DNA of 63,967 nucleotides, the filler included, from Hyphochytrium catenoides (taxonomy: Eukaryota > Protista > Hyphochytriomycota), in NCBI GenBank assembly GCA_900088475.1. It is 11 parts of 11 records of this genome, joined end to end, with 100 filler letters (N's around TTAATTAATTAA, not from the genome) between each part and the next. Parts side by side here need not be neighbours in the genome. Positions count along the whole stretch, not along the records: positions 1 to 18,864 come from FLMG01004325.1; positions 18,965 to 21,882 come from FLMG01003421.1; positions 21,983 to 25,369 come from FLMG01000525.1; 8 more parts are not named here. The stretch is one strand, 5' to 3'. Shown piece by piece: positions 13,380-25,327 of this stretch. The notes below the pieces were generated by a model that was not told the DNA's origin, did no database searches, and saw nothing but the letters and a program-made list of their open reading frames with translations. Both the position numbers and the translations under genes were made by a program. Numbering within the stretch: the first letter of the stretch is position 1; every line of letters begins with the position of its first letter.

Positions 13380-16095
13380 TTATAGCGCCTTACGATTTAG
13401 GATGGAGGCGCCATGTTCCTCGTACTCATCTTTGCGGATCCACACGGTCTTGAAGGTAGCTAATGATGCCAAGATCGACCTGTCACAGGGGTAAATCGAG
13501 CAAGTCAGCATGCCAGGCTTAACCTTACTTGTAGGCCTAATAAGGGAGATAATCGACCCTCTGCTTCCCATCCTGATCAGTACACTACTCTGGGCGGCTC
13601 TCTCTCTCACGCACACATATATATAGACCATCCTGGCCTTCGGAGTTCGTTTATCTTACCCTCCTATCCATGTAGAGAACTTCCTCTCTGGAGGTGCTGA
13701 TATCCGGATTTTCATGTCTTTAGGCGCAGCTTTTCGCACCTCGTTCAATAATCGATCGCCGAAGCCTGTGAATGTCAGGTTAGGGTCTCTGGGAGTTAAG
13801 AGAGGCCAGGGGGGGAAAGCACTGTCTTTTGCCCAAACGGATAAAATGGCAGAGAAATTGGGCAACTTGACGTAGTGTAAAAGGTAGCATAGAGAAGATA
13901 GCCAGACCGCACAGGTGAAAGGCATGATTGAGGTGCTATGGGAGATAGAGCAGGAGGACCACAGACTAAGATAGCTACGGCACATCATAGAGGTAAACGA
14001 AGGGCCTGACGGACCTGCAAACATGGTAGATCCTCCTGCAAGGACGATCTGAGAGAACAACGTCTTCCGCAGATCGAGATCCGACTTTAAAATAGAGTCC
14101 ACAAGGCAATGATGGATACCTAGAAGACAGGTAGGGAAACAGTATACAGTGAGTGCTTTGGTCGTACTTGGCCCAGTACATCTCCATCTATGTCTAGTCC
14201 TCTTGTCGGTCAAAAATACTCTTTCGCTAGGCCCTTTCTGCCCTAATAACATTCTGTCAGGCATCTTCACTTCTTGATTATCCTACCTCTATATTCTAGA
14301 CCCAGGAGCTCTGGCCTGAAAAGCACTTCAGGAGCTCGGAATCTCTCCGGTCCCAGCTGGATACAGATAGTAGCGGGCGGAGAAGTAAGAGAGATAAGGA
14401 AGAGAAGAAAAAATCAGTGAGCTTTCCTCCCATTTACGGAATCGGAGGTAAGCGGCGACGCTGATGGAGAGGTGAGCCGAGAATAATGTGGCAGGACACA
14501 GTCGAAGTTCTTAGAGAAGAATCACGACCGACCCGAAGGAGTCAGACGAGGACAATGGAGGAGGTTCAATACCTGCAATGTCGTCCCATCAGGCAGAGTA
14601 TAGCCGTGGAGGCTGGCTGATGTTGCGGAGATCGACGAGGACGAATGAGCAAGACGCTGCTCTTCAAGCTGCTCTTCTTTTGCAGGATTAAATGCAACAT
14701 AGCAAGTATCTTCCTTGATAGACCGAACCACCTGCCAAGCATGCGATAATAGGGACAGGTCTTAGCACTGACAAGGACATCCGTTCACCCTTGTCCCCTG
14801 TCTGACGTGCTCAGTCTACTCTTTTTCTCATCTCTGGCTGAAGCCTCCGGACTAATGCCTATCATCTCTCCGTTAAAATATCAGCAGCTCCACCCATTCT
14901 TTTAGCTGAAGGTCTCTGCTTGACAATCAATGCCCCTGGTATGACTCTCCAGACACCCAGTTGCTTTCCCTCAACTTATCCCTTGTTTGGCCTACCTCTC
15001 TCTCTGCAGTAGTGTGAAAAGTATAGCCGGCTCTACGCAGAAGCAGCTGATGGTTGGATCCGGAGGCCAGCAACGACAGCCAGGCGTAAACATAGAGCAG
15101 GAGTAGGAATTTGTGAGTCCTTAGTTCCTCATTGCTGATAACTACAGCGTAAGGTGGTCTTTGAGCCGCCGTCTTACCTGAAGATGGTTTGTCACATCTC
15201 GACCAGCGACATCCATGCGAGCCACAGCGTGAGGAAGGGCAAAGCCTTCATAGACTGGCACAGCATGAGTCACTCCGTCTCCGGAGTCCAGAACGACCCC
15301 TGTTGTTCTACCCGACGCGTAGAGACTGAGGACTGCCTGAGGAGAGACGAAGAGAGCAGGGACATTCAACGTCTCAAAGAAGATTTCTGCAGCTCGTTGA
15401 CGGTTTTGAAAGGGGTTTAGCGGGGCTTCTGTCAGCAATACCTGCAGAACAAAGTTAGACGAAAGAAGCTTACTAAGAAGGAATGTAGAAGCATGGTGGA
15501 CAGAAGTGAAGGCGATAGAAGCGCGTAGCAAGTAGCAAGAAGCCTTTCAGAGAGACAAGAACCATGAAGGTGTAGGTGAGAGAGGACAAGAGCCAAGCAG
15601 AGTAAGGAAAGCAGACAGAGTATGGACGCACGGGATGGTCTTCACTGGCGATATTAAGCTGGTCCTTTGAGTAAATGTGCCTCCAAACGAATTCCATGTC
15701 AGACCAGTCGGTCACCTAGAACAGCGCTATAAGTCAGCGCAAGAGCATGGTGAACCCTTCTTCTTCCTCATCACCTACCACGCCGTGCTCCATAGGGTAG
15801 CTTATCTTGAAGAGGCCCCGGTGCTGGTCTATTTTTGAACCCACAAACTTATCGCTACCCTCGAGGTCTCCGCCAGGCATCATCCTAACATGCTTCAGCC
15901 TAACAAAAGATAAAGTTAGACGCCACCCTACTCTTTAGGAAAACTAGCAGTGCGGCAACCACGTTCAGCCCACCTTCCAACCGCGCTCGGAAAGACCACT
16001 CTTGGCCTATCTCCACCCGCAAAGCCTGCCTTGATGACACCGCTGCCATTGTCAATAACCACCGGTTGATTGGCAATGACTTCCCGTCCCTCCAT
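13380..16095 (-). CDS. ACTR1: Actin-related protein 1 (centractin, dynactin filament), multi-exon
   Basis: [79 protein letters not shown] and [33 protein letters not shown] are Arp1-type variants of the actin motifs. Confidence 0.93.
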
Positions 16096-16499
16096 AGGTA
16101 GTCTTAAACGCTACCCTCAGACTTATCTTGGATGTCAGCCTCTACACTTCTCTTCAGCCGGAGCAGGACAAGCGTTAAGTATGTTACCAGAGAGGTTTGG
16201 TGGTCGGCCTCCCACCAAGCTTTCCTCTCGAAGAGATAGAGGTGACACCTCACCGAGACGCTAAAGAGAGAATGCAATAACAGCGGCGCTGGAGAGGCGA
16301 TGAGCTTCACGTATGTCCGTGTCAATGATCTGTTGATCTCGGATGTCTGCGGCAGGTTCACGGCCTTGGCTTGTGACCCTGATGATGGGCTGGACGGGTG
16401 AGCTGCTGCTGCTGCTGATGATGATCCAGACAGGAAAGGAAAGCCAAGATGTTGACACAAGTTTCCAGAACCAGGACATCTCAACAAATCCATACAGGT

Positions 16500-16675
16500 T
16501 CGGAATCTAAGTACTAGCTATTCTACATGATACATGATACATGATGGTCAGTTCATTACACAGAGTTCCCCCTGAAGTTAAGATTTGATCAGATGGCCCC
16601 TCGGAATCTAAGTACTAGCTATTCTACATGATGGTCAGTTCATTACACAGAGCTCCCCCTGAAGTTTAGATTTGA
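16500..16675. repeat. Direct duplication (~89 and ~75 bp) in the divergent ARP1/MAPR intergenic region
   Basis: tcggaatctaagtactagctattctacatgat..ggtcagttcattacacagag..ccccctgaagtt.agatttga occurs at 16500-16588 and 16601-16675. Copy 1 carries two extra 7-bp units (tacatga). Confidence 0.9.
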
Positions 16676-16896
16676 ACGACAGTAGACGAAGACGACGAAG
16701 ATGAAGCTTGAAGATTGCTCTTGGCTATTAGAGATGATGTCTGTTGATGGCGCATGGTCCGTGCTGGGTACTGAATCTTGCTGTACTCTGTAATACAGTC
16801 ATAGAGAATCAGCTTCTTCTTTATATAGAGAGAGTATCTCTGAAAACCTGAACTATCTACGGTGGTTAACCCGAGTAGACTCACAGCTTTGGTGAC

Positions 16897-17967
16897 ATGG
16901 TCAAGTCTACAACCCTCGGGCTTATCGCTGCGGCTGTACTTTGTCTCAGCATCCTATGGCCTCTTCTCGTTGAACAGCTTTCCCTTGAGAAGCTTTGTCC
17001 ATGGATCAAACCAGGAGATAATGCCTCTTCAGCAGGCAGATTCATGAACTACCTAGGAAAGCACATTTTGGGACCCAATAAGAATGAGAAGCCTGCAGGC
17101 GTGACCAAAGAGCAACTGCCCTATTGGGCTAATGCAGCGAAGGCGGAGCCACAGCTGAAGAAACTCACGCTCTCAGAGCTCTCAAGGTTCCTCACTTTTC
17201 GACAATAGTGCTCTCGCCTTACGGGCAATGATTTGATCTGGCTGACGATGCTCCAACGCAGATACGATGGCAAGGACGATTCGCTTCCAACCTACATCTC
17301 TCTCTGCGGTTATGTACGTAGCGATGTCATTCGCCGGATTTCGCATCGTGGTGCCGCACTCTCTATCACCTCCGTTCATTACATATATCTTCCATCTGCT
17401 CCTGTTATCCTCCATTCTGTCTATTCTTTGGCCTCTTGTACCTCTTGCCATGTTGTCTTTCTCTTCCTGGTTTAGGTCCTCTTCTTAGGAATACTCATTC
17501 TTCCCTTCATGCGTGGCAGGTATTTGACGTGACGGCAGGGAAGCGCTTCTATGGCCCGGGAGGGAGCTACGCAATGCTTGCGGGCAAGGTGAGAGCGCGA
17601 CCTTTCTGTGCATGAGGAACAGCGGATGCTAACAGTCTCTGCTTCATCTCCTTGTGCCTCCTCTTTTTTTCACTGATTTTGGACTTGGAACACTGGGTGT
17701 AGCCTATCAGTGTTGCCATGGCAAAAATGTCAAAGGCCCCAGAGGTAAGCCTTCTAAAGAGTGTGTAGGATAAGTTCACCTCTCTCTGCACTTCTTCCCT
17801 CACCGCTTGACACTGAAAGCAGCTCGAGCGCTGACAATCCTACGATTTAGGACATGACCGATGACGTGACAGTGCTGACTCCTGGAGAGCTTGAAGCGCT
17901 TGAGTCACAGTGCACCTATTATTCGAACAAGTATCCGATCGTGGGTGTGCTCCTAGATGACTCCTAG
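16897..17967 (+). CDS. Membrane-associated progesterone receptor (MAPR)-type cytochrome b5 heme/steroid-binding protein, 5 exons
   Basis: N-terminal hydrophobic anchor, then LTLSELSRYDGKDDSLPTYISLCGYVFDVTAGKRFYGPGGSYAMLAGK ... NKYPIVGVLL. Confidence 0.85.
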
Positions 17968-18864
17968 AAGGAATCAAGGGGTGAGAGTATCAGTGGACCC
18001 CATCCAGGCGTAGCTTCCCCTCAACCTTCAGAGCTATTATGAGTCTTAGCTGAAGTTTTCTCTGGCCTCGAATGAAGCCTCTCGGTAAATTTTGCTCTCG
18101 GGGTAAGGCAGGCTTGTCCCCACAACGCGACAGGCTATCGACGCTTAATGGGCTTAGGCGTTAAAGACGCCAATCTTTCACACAGGGGGCTTAGGGCGGA
18201 CACCTCAAGAATACGGACCAACAACCTTCCCGGCCTCGATAGAACGTAGAGAACGAGGTTCTTAAAACTCGTACCATCCTTTATTGTCTGTTAATGAGAG
18301 TACTATTCTGAGGGCCAGCTTCACACAATGGATGGCCTCTAGAGGTAGAGCTGCTCTTCCCTTATCTCGACAATGGGAATCAGTGAAAGTTGCCGGAAGC
18401 TTGCTTAATTAGAGGGTGGCTGCCTTGCACGCCGTTCAACAAACCGTGATGCTTGACGAAGACCTGTGCCTCCAAGGTGCTTAGTAATCGATGAACACTT
18501 CTTCCTGGGCTTCCAGGCCCAGCCTCTGGCCAGACCAAATGAACCAGTCCTCCCGAGGCGAGGGAGATCCACCCAGCAGGCAGCAGGCAGCCATCAGAGC
18601 TCAATGCTTCATGCCTATGGAGCCTGTGACAGAAGAAGTGCGATGATGCGAGCTGATGGGCGATGGGCGGCGGTGGGTTTTTTCCCCGTCAGCTAGCAGT
18701 TAGCGGCTAGTATGTGTTTGGACAAGAAATCTTTTCGGTGCTGCTGTGGAGAAAGAACAGGAAGCCGTGCACAAACGGACCAGAGACCAGAGGTCATGTC
18801 ATCTCATGTGCCTGCCTCCTGCTCCTCCTTCACCTGTCTCCTCTGGCTCTTCGTCTCTCTCTCT

Positions 18865-18964
18865 NNNNNNNNNNNNNNNNNNNNNNNNNNNNNNNNNNNN
18901 NNNNNNNNTTAATTAATTAANNNNNNNNNNNNNNNNNNNNNNNNNNNNNNNNNNNNNNNNNNNN
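18865..18964. other. Artificial scaffold spacer N44-TTAATTAATTAA-N44 (first of ten)
   Basis: A six-frame-stop 12-mer inside N runs at 18909, 21927, 25414, 30586, 34033, 35593, 36976, 40934, 46593 and 62908. Confidence 0.97.
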
Positions 18965-20238
18965 TCTTTCCCTTGCTGTTGCCTACGCACTATAAGCTGG
19001 CGGGTTCTATGCCCGTTGTCTACTGGCACTTGGCTGCAATTTGCGTATGGGCTGCGGGACTTCTTGCACCATTTTCCTATGAGCGTTATTCCGCTTGTTC
19101 AGTATGCATGTCAGCGTCGAGCCTTTGTAGTGCCCTACTTCCTGTCTCTCATCAGCTAACTCTTTTATAATAATAAAGTAAGGTTATTAACAAATACTAA
19201 CGCGCACCTTTCCCGTTGAACATCATCACGCGATGAGGCTTATCATCAACTCAAGAGAGTAAGTCCTGCTCACCTGACCGCCTTCTTCCGTTAGAGTTGC
19301 TGCGTCAATGCTGAGGGATGCCATAAAAGCTGGAAGCACAGGGGTGGAGACAGGAAGGGCGCCTTCTTCCTTCTTGTCGGTCAACGTGAGAGTAACCAAA
19401 GTCTTAGGAGTAGCTGCAGCATCGCAACTAAAATAGATGATGATCAGTAGCCCTAGTAGGACGCATCCGATAACCAAGAAGTGACATGTTCATGGTATCG
19501 TGTCTAGAGGTGAGGAAGAAGAGAAGCTTCAAGGGAGGAAGAGAGGAGAACCGCTCAATGAAGATGTTAACTACTAGGCCTAGTAGGACTTCTTCTTTAA
19601 CCAAGAGCACATGCAGCGATATCCTTCTCAATCAGTCGCTTGTAGCCAAGACTGGACCTGACTTGTCTCTATCTATCCTACTTCCCTTATGCTGGCGATT
19701 GGTGCCTTCTAATCAGAGGTTGTGATGAGAGGGTATTATGGCCGACTTCTTCTCCCCATCGACCACGCCCTTAGCCTATGGACGGCTGCTCCTGAGAGAG
19801 GTCCATGCCAACAAGCTCATGAGGTCAATATCGCTTTTCATGCTGATGGGCATCCTGCAGGCTATGGTATCATCCCCCTCCAAGTAGCATTGGCCCACGT
19901 CGTCCGATAGGTAGTTCGGCGAGCCAGCCAGCACACACCAGCCATGCACTTCATAGTGTATCTGCGCATCATCGTGGGCTAGCCCAGGAGGAACCTCTGC
20001 ACCTCCTCTCTGAAAGAGCTTGCTCTTTCACAAGGACGAACTGCTGCCAAGCGGCGCCGAGCAGCAGTAGATGAAATCGCAATGACTGCGAGCTGACAGA
20101 TCGAGATCTCTCTTTCTTCCGGCGGCACCGCTATAAAATGACAGAGTTCTAGGAAAGGTTTTTACCTTTTAGGATTCACTTTGAAAAAATGCTGAGATTC
20201 TTGCTGGATCGGAAAAGACAGAAGGAGGAAAAAAGTTT

Positions 20239-20312
20239 TGACCTGCCTGGGACTTGAACCCAGAATCTCTTGATCCGTAGTCAAGCGCCTTATCCAATTG
20301 GGCCAACAGGCC
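20239..20312 (-). tRNA. tRNA-Arg(ACG)
   Basis: Exact reverse complement of 20459-20532, followed on its own strand by an oligo-T Pol III terminator. Confidence 0.95.
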
Positions 20313-20458
20313 ATGGTTGAGTTCGTCCGGACTTGCCCTGGTATACAGTCACCCCTATCCCAGAGCCATCTTCCATTTGTCCCAGGGGAGCACTGAGATC
20401 GAGTCTGATATTGCTCTGAGGTACTTCCGTTCTGGCAAAACGTACAGCTTTCAGCAAT

Positions 20459-20532
20459 GGCCTGTTGGCCCAATTGGATAAGGCGCTTGACTACGGATCA
20501 AGAGATTCTGGGTTCAAGTCCCAGGCAGGTCA
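20459..20532 (+). tRNA. tRNA-Arg(ACG)
   Basis: Cloverleaf with acceptor GGCCTGT/GCAGGTC, A-box TGGCCCAATTGG, anticodon arm CTTGA-CTACGGA-TCAAG and T arm CTGGG-TTCAAGT-CCCAG. TTTTT follows downstream. Confidence 0.95.
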
Positions 20533-20842
20533 AAACTTTTTGCGTTTTCTTTCAGAACTCTGTCCTCGCTACGTACAAAGATTGCGGATGAAGATTATTG
20601 CGTCTCTCAGTCTCTCGAGTCTCTAACGTCTGGAGCATCGTACGTGGCTTGGTCACCCTGATGCTCCTTGGACGGATACAGGCCCTGCTACTGTACATCG
20701 TTTGATAGCGGTGGTTATTTCGTCCAAGGGAAGCTCATCTCCCTGACGCGTATACTTCCCAGGGTAGCTGTCAACGAAGCGGTAGCTGACTCATGTACAA
20801 CGGCGATGGCATGGAGTAGCATGGCGCATATATAACAGAGCT

Positions 20843-21260
20843 ATGTCGACAATCTCAGAAAGAAAGAAGATGTCTCCCTCCTATGCTTGGCTGTCACGGA
20901 GAGTCTCTACGACGACTCTATCTTTGAATCTGTGGAAATTCGTGTTTGTGGCATTTCTTCTGCTTGCAGCGCAGGGAAGGAGGAGCTTCTGCGCGCAAGC
21001 GGACTACATTTGCAGAGATGTAAGGGTCACTCTCACTTTATATCGCTTGCTCATTATAAGAGTATGTTGGCCACCACATTCTTGGCTTATTCCCATTCTC
21101 TACCCTCTCTCTGGTTCTTGGTAGCTTTGTCATGCTCCTTCCTGCTTGGCCTCAAACTTCCTAGTCGTCCTGAGCTTCGCTTCAGTTCACCTTAGGCTTC
21201 CCTACGCCCTGCATGAAGACCGAGATCAAGCCCAATGCCAAGTACTTTTGCAGATTTGCA
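20843..21260 (+). CDS. Possible 5' part of a Cys-rich secreted or membrane protein (truncated by scaffold end)
   Basis: Hydrophobic stretch WKFVFVAFLLLAA, then FCAQADYICRD|gtaagg donor and a candidate next exon PCMKTEIKPNAKYFC. No family recognised. Confidence 0.25.
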
Positions 21261-21264
21261 TGTG

Positions 21265-21440
21265 CTATGGGAGGCTCCGAGGTACCTGTCGTTCTCTCTC
21301 TATATGCTCTTCTTCTATGGGAGGCTCCGAGGTGCCTGTCGTTCTCTCTCTATATGCTCTTCTTCTCTCCCCCACTCCATGGTTGCCTCTCTTCTGTTCT
21401 TTGAAGGAACCTCCTCTCTGTTCTTTGAAGGAACCTCCTC
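21265..21440. repeat. Two adjacent tandem duplications (50 bp x2, 24 bp x2)
   Basis: ctatgggaggctccgaggt(a/g)cctgtcgttctctctctatatgctcttctt at 21265 and 21315; tctgttctttgaaggaacctcctc at 21393 and 21417. Confidence 0.9.
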
Positions 21441-23712
21441 GTGCACTTTCATGGACTCTCCGGGAAGAGGAGGTTGTTCATTTCTCCTTGCCCACTATGT
21501 TATTGCTTTCACTATGCTTCTTGTTCCTTCTCCTGTCCTGGAGATGTCCGACGAGAGAGGAGAGAGACACATCTATACTGAAGGTAGAGAGAGAGAGACA
21601 AACAGACAGAGAGAGAGGACGAGGAGCCAGATTGACCCTAATCGAGCCTCCTCCTGCTAGCCATGGCTTCAGCTCTATGTTCCTGATTCTTCTCTAGGTA
21701 GGAGCTTCCATCGATGGGCCGGTGCTTCCTGTCTTCACTTATTTTTATCCTCCTAAGTTGCCCTGGAGGAGGTGCTCCCTCCGTCTCTCAAAGATGCCCT
21801 AGAGTTCTTTCCATGCAGCCTTGCTGGCCCTTACCTCTCTTGATAGCGATGGCAGATAGTGGGGACGCTCTATCTCTCCTACNNNNNNNNNNNNNNNNNN
21901 NNNNNNNNNNNNNNNNNNNNNNNNNNTTAATTAATTAANNNNNNNNNNNNNNNNNNNNNNNNNNNNNNNNNNNNNNNNNNNNTGGAGGAGCCTATTTGTG
22001 TGCGTACAATCCATTTGTATACGATCTTAGTTAGACCTCTAAAGAAGGGCGGGACCGCTGTCCTGTCTCTCCACGGTCCTCGACCCTCTTCTTACTCCTT
22101 GGGCGCTTTAACTTCTCCAAGGCACCACAATGTCACTATGTCTCTTCAATACTTTCGTCTTAGTTCTCAGGCGCTCTAACTCCTCCGCAGGACAATTACT
22201 CAGTCCTTGAATCCTCAGACCTTCACTCTTCTGATTGAGGTGATGCTAGCTCTCACTTCACTGTTGTCTGATGACTCCACCTTCACTCATAGAAGAAGAA
22301 GTACTTGCTCTTCTCTTCCGCGTTGCTAGTAGATGGCTCCTACTGCTACCGATGATTGGGCCTTACTAACGTTTACCGTGATGTCTCTGCCTGCAAAATA
22401 GCCCTTTCATTCCCTCCTCCACCTGTTGATATGTGTCCACGTACCTCTTCCGAGGCGGTAGAATGCCTTCTCTCGTCACATTGATGAGCCTGGACTGCAT
22501 CTAAAACACACTGTTTAGGCCGTAAATTGGAGCTTGTGGCAGAGCCCAGTGATGACCGGCTACTGCTCACTGCTTAACAGAGTTTCAAGTTGAAGAGAAG
22601 CAGAAGTAGGATCGGGGACGGCTCAGGGACACTCGGAGCGATGGCCGGCCAAGACTGGCGATAGGGAAGCACTGAACCACGACGTCAAAGATACTGCTAC
22701 TCTCACTCATTGGGTCATCTAATAACGTCGTGAACCAGCCTTACGCATAGACTCCGTCTTACAGCTGATTGAGTGCTTCTAACGTTCTCCGTCCCGGATT
22801 ATTTAACCGCTGCCTGGGCCCTGTACATACCAACAGAAGTTTGAGCTGCATCTAGACTACTTGGCCATGCACTGCTCTTTATTTATTCGAAAGCTGTCTC
22901 ACATACGTTTGACTGCATTGTATGTCCGGGTGTGTCAGGACACTAGAGACATGCCCAACGTCATGATCAGGAGCTCAGGAGGAGCTCTCCACAGGGAGCT
23001 TCCCAATACGGAGAAGAAATAATGATAATTGAATGCGTTTCTTGATGCCTGCAGCAGCTTCTCCGCCATAAAGTAAGAAGTCAAAGTACGTGCCTTAGTC
23101 ATTATTACTCTGCCACAGACTCTAGCAGCAGAGGGACGTGGAATCGTTAGATATTACGGTTCAGCGCCTATTCTCTTCTGTGAACTAGAGCGCTGCCAAA
23201 CCCGTCCATTCATCGATCTTGCTCTAGGGCGGCCACTACAGATGAGAGCAATGTGATAGAAGGAAGGAGATAGCAGATGTCCAGAATGAAGATTAGCCTG
23301 TGAATTATGGGAAAAGGTGGTCCTTGGCAGAACCACGAGCTTAATTATCATTTTTTAGCGCAGGATATGACACTGCTTCTACATTCTAGGGCAGTGCTCT
23401 CCTTCCACCCCACCACAAGGTCACTCCAAGAGTAAGATACTTAACGTCCTGTCGTGATCTTCTCTTTCCTAGACTATAGAGCTGAACCTCATCGGACGGA
23501 GAGCACCAGGGAGCTGAATCCATGCAACAAACATTTTGGCAAGCAAGCACCATACATCTTTGCCCCGTCGTAAAGAACAGTAGCGTAGGCAATGCAATGA
23601 TGGCCAGCGGCGTTCCTCTTGCTCAATCTCATATTGTCCCAGCTACCATGACTTCAAGTGGCGATGGCTTGTGACGAACGCGTTATCTGGTTAGCTCTTG
23701 GACCTACTCATG

Positions 23713-24834
23713 TTATGCCCAGTAGCCGATGATGGCCATGGCAACGGCCCCAAGGGAAAGGCACAAAAAGCTGCATATCTGCGTCTTCGAGGAGAGTCGA
23801 GCAAACTCGGGATTTGCTGTGAACTGATAGGTCAGAAGCTCCACAATGCCCGTGTACGCAAGAATGCCGCCTGCCATAGCCTCCAGAATACCCGTGGACC
23901 ACAGGTAAGCTGCGGACGTGTCCGAGAAAGTCTCTGAGACCAGAATGCCAATGACAGTGCCAATAGGTGTCGCTATGCTGAAGCCCAGCAACATCATAGC
24001 AATCGTTTGCCAAGAGCTGTCGGCAAAGGACTTCTTAGCTGTTACACCCAAGGCAATGCCCTCAAAGAACTGATGAAAGGCAAGAGCAATGAACAAAGTG
24101 TTAAACTCCGTGCCTGAGGTCACGCCGAGCGCGACTCCAATGATAACACTGTGACAGTAGACGCCCACTTCGAAGATCGACGCAGCTATCTTTAGCCGTA
24201 GACTGCCTCTTCCGTCGGTGTTGGTTGGATATAACCCAAGATTACCGTGCTGCCCATGGCCATGATGATGGCCAGCAGCCTCTGTCCCCTTCATCCCACG
24301 CTCCGTGTCCTTCATGACGGAAAAGTTGGAATCAGCGCCATCAACGCTGTCCATAACTTGTTGATCGCCCTCATCCTCAGCGACGGCGCGCGCCTCTGTG
24401 CCATCCAGCTTGTAGATCACGTTAACAAGGCAATACTCTATGAGCTGAAGCAGGAGAATGGTGCCCACGACAATCGCCATAGCGGTGCCTTCATATTTAT
24501 GGCTGGCGATACAAGGGTTCGCTAGTGTCTCCACAGCGGGAAGGATCATATGAATGAAGGCCGTGGCGATGACCACGCCAGTTCCAAAGGCAAAGAGACA
24601 AGTAAGAAGGCTCTTGGAGATGATATGTGGAGCTTTCTCCGCAATGAGGGGAATACTGGCGCCAAGAAGAGAGATGCCAAAGATCACGGCGACGGCGATC
24701 CAGTGTGCGGCCTCATCATAGTCTTCAGGACGACCATCCGCCGAGCCACATTCAGCCAGAAGCGCTTCTTCTGCCATTGCTGCCTCTTCTTCTCCGCCCA
24801 TCCCATGCGCTGTGCTGAAGTGATTGAACCTCAT
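23713..24834 (-). CDS. ZIP (ZRT/IRT-like) zinc/iron permease, intronless
   Basis: 373-aa ORF with FGTGVVIATAFIHMILPA, His-rich loop GHHHGHGQHG, TM4 FEVGVYCHSVIIGVALG, TM5 ALAFHQFFEGIALG and terminal AMAIIGYWA. Confidence 0.95.
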   Translation of the reverse strand: MRFNHFSTAHGMGGEEEAAMAEEALLAECGSADGRPEDYDEAAHWIAVAVIFGISLLGASIPLIAEKAPHIISKSLLTCLFAFGTGVVIATAFIHMILPAVETLANPCIASHKYEGTAMAIVVGTILLLQLIEYCLVNVIYKLDGTEARAVAEDEGDQQVMDSVDGADSNFSVMKDTERGMKGTEAAGHHHGHGQHGNLGLYPTNTDGRGSLRLKIAASIFEVGVYCHSVIIGVALGVTSGTEFNTLFIALAFHQFFEGIALGVTAKKSFADSSWQTIAMMLLGFSIATPIGTVIGILVSETFSDTSAAYLWSTGILEAMAGGILAYTGIVELLTYQFTANPEFARLSSKTQICSFLCLSLGAVAMAIIGYWA

Positions 24835-25291
24835 CCTTCAGTCTATGTTCTGCTCACGTCAGCCAAAGAGTAGGGAAGAGAGTGACCACGAAGTTCTTTC
24901 CTTTCAGCGCTAATAAGCTTTCTACTTCTTCTTCGAGCCGACTGTTCCTCTCTTCACGATGATGATGCTAAACGAGAAGTGAACATGCTCCAACAAGAAG
25001 GAGGAAGGAAGTAGTGATGGAGAGAAATAAGAGAAAAGACACCGTCTTCTTGCGACGTCATGGCCTTCAAGAAAGTGCGGCATGACGGGAAGGAGGAGAG
25101 GAGAGACACACCGACGATCAGGGAGGAGGAGGAGGAAGAGACAGGTGGTAGTGTCGGAAGCTACAGGTAGAGGACGAGAGAGAGAGGAGGAGGCTCGAGT
25201 TAGAGAGAGAGCGAGCAGAGAACAAGAGAGAAAAAAGAGAGAGAGAGAGAGAGAGAGAAAAAAAGAGAGAAGAAAGAGAGAAGAAAGAGAG

Positions 25292-25327
<36 letters not shown>

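Noticed and set aside
18909-18920. Recurrent TTAATTAATTAA palindrome (10 copies) as a biological repeat
   Set aside because: Always centred in N44 runs; an artificial six-frame-stop joiner. Synteny across it has no meaning.
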